A stretch of DNA of 63,802 bases, the filler included, from Octopus bimaculoides (taxonomy: Eukaryota), in the NCBI RefSeq assembly GCF_001194135.2. It is 4 parts of 4 records of this genome, joined end to end, with 100 filler letters (N's around TTAATTAATTAA, not from the genome) between each part and the next. Parts side by side here need not be neighbours in the genome. Positions count along the whole stretch, not along the records: positions 1 to 31,779 come from NC_068984.1; positions 31,880 to 58,815 come from NC_068985.1; 2 more parts are not named here. The stretch is one strand, 5' to 3'. The notes below the pieces were generated by a model, which had not been told where the DNA came from, ran no database searches, and worked only from the letters and a program-made list of their open reading frames with translations. The position numbers and the translations under genes were made by a program. This document shows, one piece after another, positions 23,660 through 35,320 of the stretch. Numbering within the stretch: position 1 is the first letter of the stretch; every line of letters starts with the position of its first letter.

Positions 23660-26600
23660 GAGTTTCCCCATCTCCTGATTATTGATACATCTAGTGATGG
23701 TGTCACAATAAAAGCACTGGTAATTGCGCAACCTGATAATCGGCACCTCATATGAGTGACAATGAATTTTAAAAAATATTGTGAATAACGGTGGTAATGA
23801 AACTGGAGCCATTGATGGTGACAGTGTTGCACCCGGCAGGCTCAGAGATTCTGGTTCGGCTTCAGCCTGTCGATATCCAGAAAGGGACCACCACACACGA
23901 TGTAGATGGAGCAAGCAAATTAATGTTGTGGTCGTGGAGTGTTACTACCTGAGCAACCCGGTAGATGAAAACGGTGCTCAAATTAGGGGTTACAAACAAC
24001 GTATGTATGATCATTGGAGAGAAAGGGAATTGTTTCAACTCACAGAAAAGAAACTATGTGATCAAGCTAGAGAAATAAGAAAAATCGTTGGTTCACAGAA
24101 GTAGAGCTCGAAGCTATCAAAAGACGAATCTTGGAAAATAGCAGTAGAGATAACGATGAAAATACAGTTCTTACTAATAAAAGTAATCTCATAGCACAGG
24201 AAAGGAACAGTGGTAGTTTACTTGATGAGAGGCATATAGATGATCTAAAAGAAGACAATAAAACTAATGGCTACATACAAATGAACAAAAGGCAATCTAC
24301 GAAACAATAAAGGCAAGACTACAAGAGAACAATAGCGACATTATTTGCAACCTTAAGAAGGTTGACCGGTGGAAGTTGAACCAAGAAACGAAAAATGTCA
24401 ATGATATTCTGAAATACATCAGAACAAACATCACAGAAACAAATAATTTGATCAAGACAGCAAGTATTGTTGTAGCAGAAAATGTGGGTGTTGATGTCAA
24501 GAAAAAGAAACATAATGGGAGTGACAAAAGAAAAGACCCATGGTGGAAAAAAAGAATACAGGCAGGGTTAGATTTGCTCTCGAAGAAAATTTCTGTTAGA
24601 CCGAAAAGAGAAAGGGGAGCTTAAAAGCGAACAAAAATACAAGGCGCTGAAAAGGAAGTATAATATTGAAAGAAAGGGTCTGAAAATGGTAATGGAAGAA
24701 CTGAAACAGCGCTCGTTGCAAAGAAAGCAAAGATGGTAAGATACGACCAAAAAATGAAGGGTTACCACCAGAATAGGTTATTCAGAGTAGATCAGAAGAG
24801 ATTCTATAAAGAAATAAATTGAGAGTGTACAGATGAAAAGTTGATACCAGATAACAATGAAAGTCAAAGGTTTTGGAGTGACATCTGGAGCAAAGACAAG
24901 GAGCACAAGAAGGATGCTGAATGGTTGCAAGCACTAAAACAAACAGTAGTCTGTCCAAAGCAGGCAGAACTAGTCATTTCAGTTGGGGAAGTGAAGGAAA
25001 TCAGAAAAAAAATGAGCAACTGGAAGTCTCCGGGAACAGATGGATTTCAAGGCTACCGGATCAAAAGATCTGGTGAATAATATGCACGAATAGCTACGCA
25101 ACTCAACACCTTGTTAAATGCCGACCTAGTAAAATCAGAGTGGTTGACATTGGGTAGGACAGTGCTGTACTTGAAAGCAATACAGTAGACAATTACAGGC
25201 CGATATCCTGTTTGCCACTTGTGTGGAAATTATTGACTGGAATACTCGCAGAGTCAATGTACGAACATCTGGAAAAAAAATGGAGTCCTGCCTCATGAAC
25301 AGAAAGGTTGCAAGCGTAAGTGCAGAGGTACCAAGGATCAACTCCTGATAGACAAAATTGTACTTAGAGACTGCAAGAGGAGGAAAAGTAACTTAGCCAT
25401 GTCATGGGTCGACTATCGTAAGACATACGATATGATGCCACACTCTTGGATAATGGAATGTGTGAACCTATTTGGTATTGCATTGAATGTTGAGCGATTG
25501 CTTGGAAAAAGAATGGTGAATTGGAGGAAGGACCTGACAGCATACGGAAGAAGTTTTGGGAAAGTAGGAATCAGGAGGAGCATCTTCCAAGGGGACTGCC
25601 TGTCCCCACTGATCTTTGTACTGTGCTTGATACTACTAACACTGATTCTTAGGAAAGTAAACGGTGGGTGTGTATTCAAAAGCTTCCAACAAAAAGTCAA
25701 CCATTTGTTATTCATGGATAACCTTAAACTTAATGGTAAAGATGAAGTCCAAGTCAGTCACCTCGTTGATACAGTGTATACCTTTAGTGGTGATATCAGA
25801 ATGGAGTTCGGACTGAGAAAGTGTGGTGTGTTGGTCTTGAAGAGAGGCAAAATCAAATGTATGGACGGGCTGTCGACGCCGTCAGGGGGGTTATGAAGCA
25901 GATGGAAGAGACAGGCTATAAGTACTTGGGGATTTGGGAAATGGAGAAATTGATGGAGAAAGAAATGACAGAAAAATTTAAGGCGGAGTACTTGCGTAGA
26001 CTGAGACTGATCCTTAATTCGAAATTAAACGGACGGAATAAGATTGAAGCTATCAACACCTGGGTGGTTTCACTCCTTAGATATGGACCAGGGGTAATCG
26101 CATGGACAGTAGACGAACTAAACAGCTTAGACAGAAAGATAAGGAAGTTGCTAACAAGATATGGGACACTCCACCCAAAAAGTGACACAGACAGACTATA
26201 TGTATCAAGAAAAAGAGGTGGAAGAGGACTTATTGGATGCGAACACAGCATTAGAGCAGAAGAAAACAACATAGCATGGTATGTAAAAAAAGTGTCACAG
26301 AACCGCTATTATTAGAAGTAAGAAAGTCAGGCTTGTGTAGGATGAAAGATTGCAAAGATAAAGCACTGTACAAGCAATTGAAAACAAATGAAACTGAAAA
26401 TAGATGGGTAAAGAAAAGAATACATAGTCAATTCCATAGGAATGTTGAAGATAAGACAGACAGAGAAAAAAGATGGCTGTGGATGACTAAAAGTGATTTA
26501 AAACCGGAAACGGAGGCTCTAAAATGTGCTACCCAACAGCAAGCACTAAGAACAAACTATATAAGATAGAGAGTAGACAACACATCAGAAAGTGATAAAC

Positions 26601-26700
26601 GCAGACTCTGTGGACAAAATGGTGAAACCGTATGGCATATTACCAGCCAATGTACACCACTAGCCCAGAAAGAATATAAGAGACGTCATAACGACGAACA
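23660..26700 (+). pseudogene. R4/Dong-clade non-LTR retrotransposon, 5' end to zinc knuckle, disrupted, RLE missing
   Basis: N-term RWSKQINVVVVECYYLSNP..GYKQRM..QAREIRK; [42 protein letters not shown]; C-term RLCGQNGETVWHITSQC..KRRH. Confidence 0.9.
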
Positions 26701-26702
26701 TC

Positions 26703-27063
26703 TGTATAACAAGAATCACGGCCCGGCATCGATGCCACGACATCACAACTAGTGATCAGCTCTGCCACACTCAGCCTCCTCACTTTCACATACAGAACTT
26801 TTCCTATAGTGTACTAAAGAACTGGTATAATTGCTCACGTGTTATTTACTGACCCTTTTTATCTGCTGTAATAACTCACACATGTATCACTCACATACAT
26901 ACTTTTCTTTGTATGACGGCATGTCTTTGATTATGTTCTTATATGTCGCATTCACACTCTCACACAGACATACATCTTTAACGCTACAATAAAGATCTCT
27001 GTTATTCATCTAATACGGTTGTGGTCTTTCATTACTGGTCACATATGTTATCGTCGTATAACA
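26703..27063 (+). mobile_element. Candidate solo LTR (361 bp) truncating the R4 element
   Basis: TGT...ACA ends, AATAAA near 26988, imperfect 4-bp flanks CATC/TATC. Confidence 0.4.
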
Positions 27064-27317
27064 TATCATGTATATCATCTTCGATATATATTTTTGTGTT
27101 CGACCGTGTGACACGTTTAAATAAAAGGAGTCCTCTGTTTTTCCATTCGTCACCATTTCTCCTTTTTTGAGTTGGCACGGTCGTTCCTTACTTATATATA
27201 TGCATGCATACATGTGTTTATACGTGCATACATGTGTAATGTACAAAAAAACAACACAAGAAGGACAAATTTAACAAATAAGGTACGAGCTTTACACTCT
27301 AATAGAAACTGGAAATG

Positions 27318-27353
27318 CCTTAACGTTTCGGATTTTTGTCCTTTATCAAAAGA
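27318..27353 (-). ncRNA. Minimal type-I hammerhead-like motif, U3-A8 core variant
   Basis: Minus strand UCUU-UUGAUAA-A-GGA(CAAAAA)UCC-GAAA-CG-UU-AAGG. Confidence 0.45.
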
Positions 27354-27641
27354 AAGTATACATACAGGAAGTGATAAAGAGAAATAGTCAGCAAGGAGGA
27401 AAAATACAGCTGAAGATTTAAAACCTGATGGAAATACTGTTATGAGAGAAAGAAAGAGCAAGTATTAGATGCAAACATAAGCGTGTATCCAGATCCGAAA
27501 TTGGTCGTAAGGGGAAGCAGTGTGTGTGTGTTAATGTGGTGTGTGTGTCTAAAGTTGTACAAATGTGCGAGTGTTGACGTTGGTTAATGAGGTGTGAGAT
27601 ATTGATTTGTGTGTGTGATTGTGTGCCTGTGTGTGTATACA

Positions 27642-27677
<36 letters not shown>

Positions 27678-27760
27678 TCAGACAGACAGACAGGAGCAGT
27701 GGAGAGGATTTCAGTGGCTGGAGGTACAGATGTCGATAAGACTGTGTGAGATACTGTAAA

Positions 27761-27769
<9 letters not shown>

Positions 27770-27809
<40 letters not shown>

Positions 27810-27963
27810 GAGATAGATAGATAGATAGATATGATGGATGGATGGATTGATTGATTGATTGATTGATGGACGGACGGATAGATGGACTGATGGACGCACA
27901 GACGGATGGATAGACGAACGGACAGACGGACGAATGGACAGACAGACAGACAGGCAGGCAGGC

Positions 27964-28059
<96 letters not shown>

Positions 28060-28060
28060 T
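27770..28060. repeat. Compound tetranucleotide microsatellite (GATA/GATG/GATT/GACG/GACA/GGCA)
   Basis: Direct reading. Confidence 0.95.
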
Positions 28061-28493
28061 ATACATACATATGTACAGAGAGAGAGAGACATACTCAGAA
28101 ACATGGCATCACATACAAACTACAGAATACAAAGATGAAGGACACAGTAACGAACACACAGACACAGACACAGAAATGTCAGTGTGATGGAGGTGGATTG
28201 TGCTATGTAAAGAGAGGGGTAGGGGAAGAGGTATATGGGTGACGAGAGTGAGGTAAAGTTCGGGGAGATGAAATGGAAAGAAAGGGGAGAAGGGGAGGAG
28301 AAGAAGAGGAGAGAGAAGGAAAGAAGGGGAGAGGAAGCGGAGGAAATCCCTGGAGCAAGCAGGAAATCGCGTATTACGCACACACACATACACTCAAACA
28401 TGCATATAGATAAATTTGTTAGCGTGTGTGCATACACACACAAAAAAATACACATATAACCATATATATATAACATAAATAATATATATATGC

Positions 28494-28532
<39 letters not shown>

Positions 28533-28562
28533 TATATGGGTGTATATATATACATATATATC

Positions 28563-28655
28563 GCGCAGGCTTGGTTGTGTGTTAAGAAGTTTGGTTCCCA
28601 ACTACAGGGGTCCGGGTTCAGTCCGTCCCCATTGTGTGGGCCAAGTGTCTTCTTG
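28563..28655 (+). mobile_element. tRNA-headed SINE family C head
   Basis: TGGTTGTGTG-TTAAGAAG A-box region, GGGTTCAGTCC B box, ccaagtgtcttct. Confidence 0.7.
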
Positions 28656-28669
28656 TGTANNNNNNNNNN

Positions 28670-28752
<83 letters not shown>

Positions 28753-28928
28753 ATGTATGTATGTATGTATATAGATATATGCGCGTGTGTCCGGCTCCTC
28801 TTTTCAAGAGAAGAATCACAAACACGCACACAAACGCACACACTCATATATATATGTATGTGTGTGTGCACTTATATACAGATGCATATATTCATATGTA
28901 TATATGTAAAATATACTGTTAGATAGAC

Positions 28929-28975
<47 letters not shown>

Positions 28976-29244
28976 CAGACAGATAAATTCGGTTGTTATT
29001 TATATCCTTTGGTGAACTTTGACAGAGCAAACATAATTTTTGCAGTCTTCCGTCCATGGCTATTTCTTCCTATGTTTCAAGGAGTTAACTACATCACTGA
29101 ATGTTTCAGATGTTAGTAGACGTGATTGAAACTTGGCTTCTCTTTCTTGCATTTAAAATGATCCGTTGATTGATGATGTACGTGTCGTCTGCTGATCAAC
29201 GGATGTCGTCTGCGGATAGGAGGCCGTGTGTGTGTGTGTGTCTA

Positions 29245-29294
<50 letters not shown>

Positions 29295-30359
29295 GGAGAG
29301 AGAGAGTCGGGGAGAGAAAAAGCGTGTCCGTGCGTGTGTGCATGTGTCCTTGAATATTATATGATATATGCTTGTCTGTGTGTTTATGTATATAATAAAT
29401 ATATATAGAAAAGGAGAGAGAGAGAAGGAAGAGGTCAGAATGAGAGAGAGATGTGGGGAGAGAGAGAGAGAAAGCGACAGTCAGTTAGACAGAGAGAATG
29501 TAGGTCTGTGTCCCTATATGTTAATTCTAGTTATTTTCATTCTTCTCCCTATCTTCTCTTTTACACTCTTACTATTCACAGACAGACAGACACACACACT
29601 CACACACACGCGCACACATACACGCGCGCGCACACTGATACACACATATGTACACATACACATATTCACACACATAAACATACATAAACCCATACACACA
29701 GATGGGCATACATACACATACAGATACAAACATAGATACATACACAGAAACAAATGCATAGGCTTACATACACATACATAACATGCACATCCATTTACAT
29801 ACGTACACACACATACGCACATACACACACACATACATACATACATAAATACATACATACATACATGCATACACTTACACACATACACATATGCACACGA
29901 TATTCATTCCACAACGTACGAACTAATGAAGAAATCTCTATATGGTCGACCGACTTGCTAGAAATACCAACCAAAACAACTCCCAAACCGCACATCTTTT
30001 ATTTAATTTACTAAAAGATAATGGAAAATGATTTCTGTCCAGGTACCGACGGAAACATCCGAAATAGATTTGAACTTACTATCTTGCGAACCAGCCACCA
30101 AAGGAACTTTTACAGGAACCCTTAGCTTGCTTGAAATATCAGTTAATCTCCTTCAAACCATCCGCTACCGTCTTTCAAGATGAAGACATGTATAATCTAC
30201 CTGTACATATAGAATATGTAGAAATGCTTCAGACGGCAACTCCTCTTGACCAGGCCCATTCTGGGACAAAACAATAAAAGCTCACAATCTTATGCTTTTC
30301 ATTCAGACTCGCGTTACGACCAACTGTTGACATCAGTACAGCTTTACATGAGTTCCTAT

Positions 30360-30838
30360 CAGGGCCAGATTTAGATCTTGTGAAGCTTCTGATCCAATAG
30401 GCTTTGGAGGATCTAACGATTTTGCTAATTCAAGACATAAGGTAATAGAGAGGAACCCATTAAATCTAGAAGCACCAATCAGTTTGAAGAGTCCTCAAAA
30501 CTTAAAAGAGCTTCAATTAATTCAGAGAGACCCCACTTAAGTTCAATAGGTTTTTAAATCTAAAAGGGCCCAGTAAACCAAAAGTGGGCTGAATAATTTT
30601 AAAAGAACCATATTGGAAAAATAGGCAGTGCTCCAGCATGGCCGCAGTCAAATGACTGAAACAAGTAAAAGAATAAAAGAATAAGTAAAAAATTACAAAT
30701 TATGTATTTGATTGCTGTAAAATATATTCCTTAATTTTTAAATCCAGGCTTTAGGCTCCTCTGAGTGAAAGGGATCCCCTAAACATTGAGGTCTCATAAT
30801 CCATGGTCCATATTGGCTCGTTCATAAATCCGGCCCTG
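30360..30838. mobile_element. hAT-like non-autonomous element containing a SINE-D tail (30620-30685)
   Basis: Ends CAGGGCCAGATTTA / TAAATCCGGCCCTG; flanks GTTCCTAT vs GTTTCCAC (5/8). Confidence 0.5.
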
Positions 30839-31029
30839 GTTTCCACGATCATTCTGTTGCCTAATATTCAATACATTAACATAATAAATACACAATGTAA
30901 AACAATAATAAATGAATACATTAACATAAATACAGAATGTGATATAGTGGATAAAAAAATTCAGTTTTGTTCCCATTCATTCGCCAAGTCAGATTCCAAA
31001 ACAACGTCACAACACAACGTTTAATTATA

Positions 31030-31242
31030 CAGGGTATCCACAAAAATACTCTAAGCTGCGTTGCTGTGAGGTGGAGGCCATCTTGGATTTTCTTGTATTC
31101 ACGTCGAAGACGGTAAATCACCTGAAAATGAACGAAAATATTATTGTTGGGGCATCTGTGAACACTATATTAATCAATATATCAGAATTACTTCAGATAT
31201 CATAGCATCATTAAATCAGGGAGTGTTATTGTGGACACCCTG
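31030..31242. mobile_element. Tc1/mariner-type MITE; related end at 60703
   Basis: TIR CAGGGTATCCACAA / TTGTGGACACCCTG, TA on both sides. Confidence 0.8.
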
Positions 31243-31348
31243 TATATTAATTTAAAATACCAGTAATTTTCATTGCAATTACTTTGCTTTTATAAAAATT
31301 CGTGACCTTTGAAAATTCACGTCGTAATGAATCCGGAAAAAAGGTGTG

Positions 31349-31378
31349 TTAGGGTTAGGGTTAGGGTTAGGGTTAGGG
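31349..31378 (+). repeat. Interstitial (TTAGGG)5
   Basis: Five perfect hexamers. Confidence 0.95.
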
Positions 31379-31452
31379 TGGTTTTGCTGTTTAAGGGCTA
31401 ATGGAGGCTCACCATATGTCTGGCCCACACTAGTGCACTCTATCTCTATCTA

Positions 31453-31502
<50 letters not shown>

Positions 31503-31533
31503 ATCTATCTATCTATCTATCTAACTAACTATC

Positions 31534-31566
<33 letters not shown>

Positions 31567-31739
31567 CTCTATCTTTCTCTCTATCTCTCTCTCTATCTCT
31601 CTCACACACACACATACACACACAAATGCACCTATCAAACAATCACACATTTTCTCTATCTCCCTTTCCTACCCCAATCTTTCTCCCTCCCTCCACACAT
31701 ATGCCTTGTATATGTATATGTATATATATATATATATAC

Positions 31740-31779
<40 letters not shown>

Positions 31780-31879
31780 NNNNNNNNNNNNNNNNNNNNN
31801 NNNNNNNNNNNNNNNNNNNNNNNTTAATTAATTAANNNNNNNNNNNNNNNNNNNNNNNNNNNNNNNNNNNNNNNNNNNN
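31780..31879. other. Assembly join: N44-TTAATTAATTAA-N44 (also 58816-58915, 60857-60956)
   Basis: Identical 100-bp construct three times; stops in all six frames. Confidence 0.95.
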
Positions 31880-32057
31880 GTCCACTCCGCTTGCAAAGAT
31901 GAGTAGTATCTGCATTTTAAAGGGCCTGCCTTGTCACGTTGTGTCCCACTGAATTTCCTTGAGAACTACGGTAATTGTATTTGTTAATTTCACGAGTAGG
32001 CTGTCCCATTGATCGGATGAACTGGGACCCGCGTGGTCGTAACCGACGGAGTCCCAG

Positions 32058-32060
<3 letters not shown>
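31880..32060 (+). mobile_element. SINE family B 3' part
   Basis: Colinear with 10795-10995. Confidence 0.8.
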
Positions 32061-32103
<43 letters not shown>

Positions 32104-32404
32104 ATGCATGTATGTGTGTGTGTGTATACATATACATACATACGAAGCAAATTTAAGTAAATTAGGCAATATGCAGCTTTCATACTTCCTGCGATGTGGA
32201 ATGAAAATGGTTGTTAAGGTATATTCTTATTGCTTTCTCTTACAGAAAAAAAAAGACATTCTTCCTTACTTTTCCGCGTGTAAAGAGAATAACAAGATTT
32301 GTTTATATCTATTTACACATCAGAGCGCAGGCGATGTATAGTCATTTAATATTTATTATAGATCATTCTAATACACGCTGCTTATATGTAAAAAAATAAT
32401 GTTA

Positions 32405-32459
<55 letters not shown>

Positions 32460-32474
32460 ATATATATATATGTA

Positions 32475-33604
32475 TATATAAAAAATATATATAAAGGAGG
32501 CCACTAGGTGGACTGCTAATGTGCTAGAAGATCACATGTCATGTGTCTACTAAGACCGAATAATTCTCAAAGTGTATTTAGCGAAGTAACAAAAACGTAA
32601 AACGGGAAGACTAGCTATATATNNNNNNNNNNNNNNNNNNNNNNNNNNNNNNNNNNNNNNNNNNNNNNNNNNNNNNNNNNNNNNNNNNNNNNNNNNNNNN
32701 NNNNNNNNNNNNNNNNNNNNNNNNNNNNNNNNNNNNNNNNNNNNNNNNNNNNNNNNNNNNNNNNNNNNNNNNNNNNNNNNNNNNNNNNNNNNNNNNNNNN
32801 NNNNNNNNNNNNNNNNNNNNNNNNNNNNNNNNNNNNNNNNNNNNNNNNNNNNNNNNNNNNNNNNNNNNNNGTGTGTGTGTGTGTGTGTGTATAAAATTAA
32901 ACAATAGGATTAAAAAATTGGATATTAATTAATGTGAATTTAATACCAGGTAACCAGCACATTAAAAGAATCAGGGAGATTCAGAAAAATTATCTGAGAT
33001 CTCAAAGGATTATTGTATATGTACATATAAAAATATATATAAAGGAGGCCACTAGGTGGATTGCCAATGTGCTAGAAGAAGATCACATGTCATGTGTCTA
33101 CTAAGACCGAATAATTCTCAAAGTGAATTTAGCGAAGTAACAAAAACGTAAACGGGCAAGACTAGCGAAAATTACACAGAAAAATACAATTATCTGTAAA
33201 CATGTTTCGAAATTAATATTTTCTTACCGAAAATATCTGTTTCTCATCAGTAAAGACCGTTCGATAAATAGTCCGCCACAAGTGGAGCACATGTGTACGG
33301 TTCATTTAAATTATACTTATGGTAAGATTCAAAATTCTCCGTTTTTGCGCGCTAAATCCGGAATATCTCCGCAGAAAAAAAGTTCCCGCATCTAATATAC
33401 CAACTTGAGAATTTGGTTATGTTAAATTAAACAATAGGGTAAAAAATTGGATATTAATTAATACCAGGGAACAAGCACATTAAAAGAATCAGCGAGATTC
33501 AGAAAAAAATATCTGAGATCTCAAAGGATTATTGTCTATGTATATATAAAAATATATATAAAGGAGGCCACATTTATATCCAATTTTTTACCCTATTGTT
33601 TAAT
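32475..33604 (-). mobile_element. Tandem ~520-530 bp Penelope-like/retrozyme-like repeat with a 29-bp inverted terminal segment
   Basis: Segments 32895-33052 ~ 33425-33571 and 32475-32615 ~ 33025-33165; 33576-33604 is the exact reverse complement of 33426-33454; carries a hammerhead. Confidence 0.7.
33192..33257 (-). ncRNA. Minimal type-I hammerhead ribozyme motif
   Basis: GUCUUUA-CUGAUGA-GAAACAGAUAUUUUC(GGUAA)GAAAAUAUUAAUUUC-GAAA-CAUG-UU-UACAGAU: intact core, 13-bp interrupted stem II, palindromic CAUG, 6/7 stem I. Confidence 0.8.
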
Positions 33605-33820
33605 GTGTGTGATCCTGTAAATTGTATTTATCCAACGGTCTGTACGAAGTTATCGGCGCAGTCATGGTTGTGTGACGAAGAAGCTCCCCTTTTCTGTCAC
33701 GTGATTTCAGATTCAATCCCACTGTGTAGCACTTTCAGCAAGTATCTTTTACGATAATCCACGTTTCCACCAATGCTTTGTTAGTGAACTTGGTAGACGA
33801 AAACTGTGTGGGAACCCGTC

Positions 33821-33856
<36 letters not shown>

Positions 33857-34135
33857 GTGTACGTGTGCGCGTGCCCTTGTGTTTGTTTGTTCATCACCGA
33901 TGGGGAAACCGGTGCAACCGGGTACTGGTTTGTTTACGTCCCCAGGACTTACCTTAGCGCTTCGTCGAAAGAGAACCAAATGAGTACCGAAGTTAAGAAT
34001 ATGTCCTGAGATCGATTTGTTCCACTTAGCCCTTCATCGCGATACCCCAACATATTACATAAGAGATGAGGAATTATGTACATTTTTTACATTATTTACA
34101 TTTGACGGATATTTGTCCTCATCTTGTTTGTTGTT

Positions 34136-34182
34136 AACACAACGTTTCGGCTGATATACCCTCCAGCCTTCATCAGGTGCCC
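34136..34182 (-). ncRNA. Minimal type-I hammerhead ribozyme motif
   Basis: GGCAC-CUGAUGA-A-GGCUG(GAGGGUAUAU)CAGCC-GAAA-CG-UU-GUGUU; AACGUU palindrome; 5-bp stem I. Confidence 0.7.
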
Positions 34183-34265
34183 TGGGGAGATTTCAAACCT
34201 GAGTTTTCATTCCTAAGGTATTTTTCGATATTATTATAATTATTGTTATTATTATTATTATTGTT

Positions 34266-34507
34266 CAGTAGTTTTATTTTTATAACGTGCTTTCACTTCA
34301 CTACCGAGCGCAGCTCTGTGCGCCTTGGGTATGTGCTGTGGTTTGCTGTGGTGCTCTTATGTTTACTGTATTGAAAGTGTTTTGCGTAGAATGTGCGCAG
34401 TACCCAGTAGTGCAATNNNNNNNNNNCACCTACTATGATAGGAATTGTTTCTGTTTTTAGATTCCATATTCGAGTTATCTCTATTTCCAGGTCTTTGTAT
34501 TTTGAAA

Positions 34508-34508
<1 letters not shown>
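34266..34508 (-). mobile_element. 5'-truncated R4/Dong-like 3' end in (TAA)n
   Basis: KYKDLEIEITRIWNLKTETIPIIVG..IALLGTAHILRKTLSIQ*, same 3' UTR as 2244; TTA repeats on both sides. Confidence 0.85.
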
Positions 34509-34581
<73 letters not shown>

Positions 34582-35100
34582 CATTATTATTATTATTGTT
34601 ATTGTAAATAATGTAAAAAATGTACCCCAACATATGTACAGTACAATGACTGAAGCAAGTAAAGGATAAAAGCGAAACTTGCGTGCGCGCGCACACACAC
34701 GCACACACATGAGTTAGTTTAATTACTATATTAAAGTGGTGTATTGAATTAGAGAAGTTCGGGGGCCCACACCTTATATCACCCAGCTATAAACTTATGG
34801 TTTAGATTCCTGAACGGAACGGTGCTTTGTCTCCTTGAGCAAGGCACCTCATTTCCCTGTTGTTCTAGTCTGCTCAGCATTAAAAGAGTAACAACGTGGT
34901 ACTAGCACGGCACGTTTCTTCCTCCAGCTGTCGTATCCTCGATGTTTCGATGGGTCAAAGAAATGACGGCTAAGATGACTGACCATACTCTTTCGCGACT
35001 ACATAATCACCAATAGCAATTACAAAAGCATAGTTAATGCTAAATACTATCAGATGATACCCACTTACTAATTGGCTATGAAGTTAATAATTGACAAGAT

Positions 35101-35320
35101 TTGTGGCGGCGAGCTGACAGAATCGTTAGCACGCTGGGGAAAATGCTTAGCGGCATTTCGTTCGTCTTCAAGCTCCGAGTTAAAATTCCTCCGAGGTCGA
35201 CTTACCATTTCATTCTTTCGGGGTCGATAAAATAAGTACCAGTTAAATACTGGTGTCGATGTAATCGACTTACCCACTTACCCGAAATTCCAGGCCTTGT
35301 ACCAAAATTTGATACCAATA
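35101..35320 (+). mobile_element. SINE family A, full length (in-window reference copy)
   Basis: ggcggcgagctgacagaatcgttagcacgc..gaaaatgcttagcggcatttcg..gagttaaaattcc..core..tail. Confidence 0.9.

Noticed and set aside
31824-31835. TTAATTAATTAA palindrome, also at 58860-58871 and 60901-60912
   Set aside because: Always centred in N44...N44. It is an artificial six-frame-stop scaffolding linker, and contiguity across these joins is not assured.
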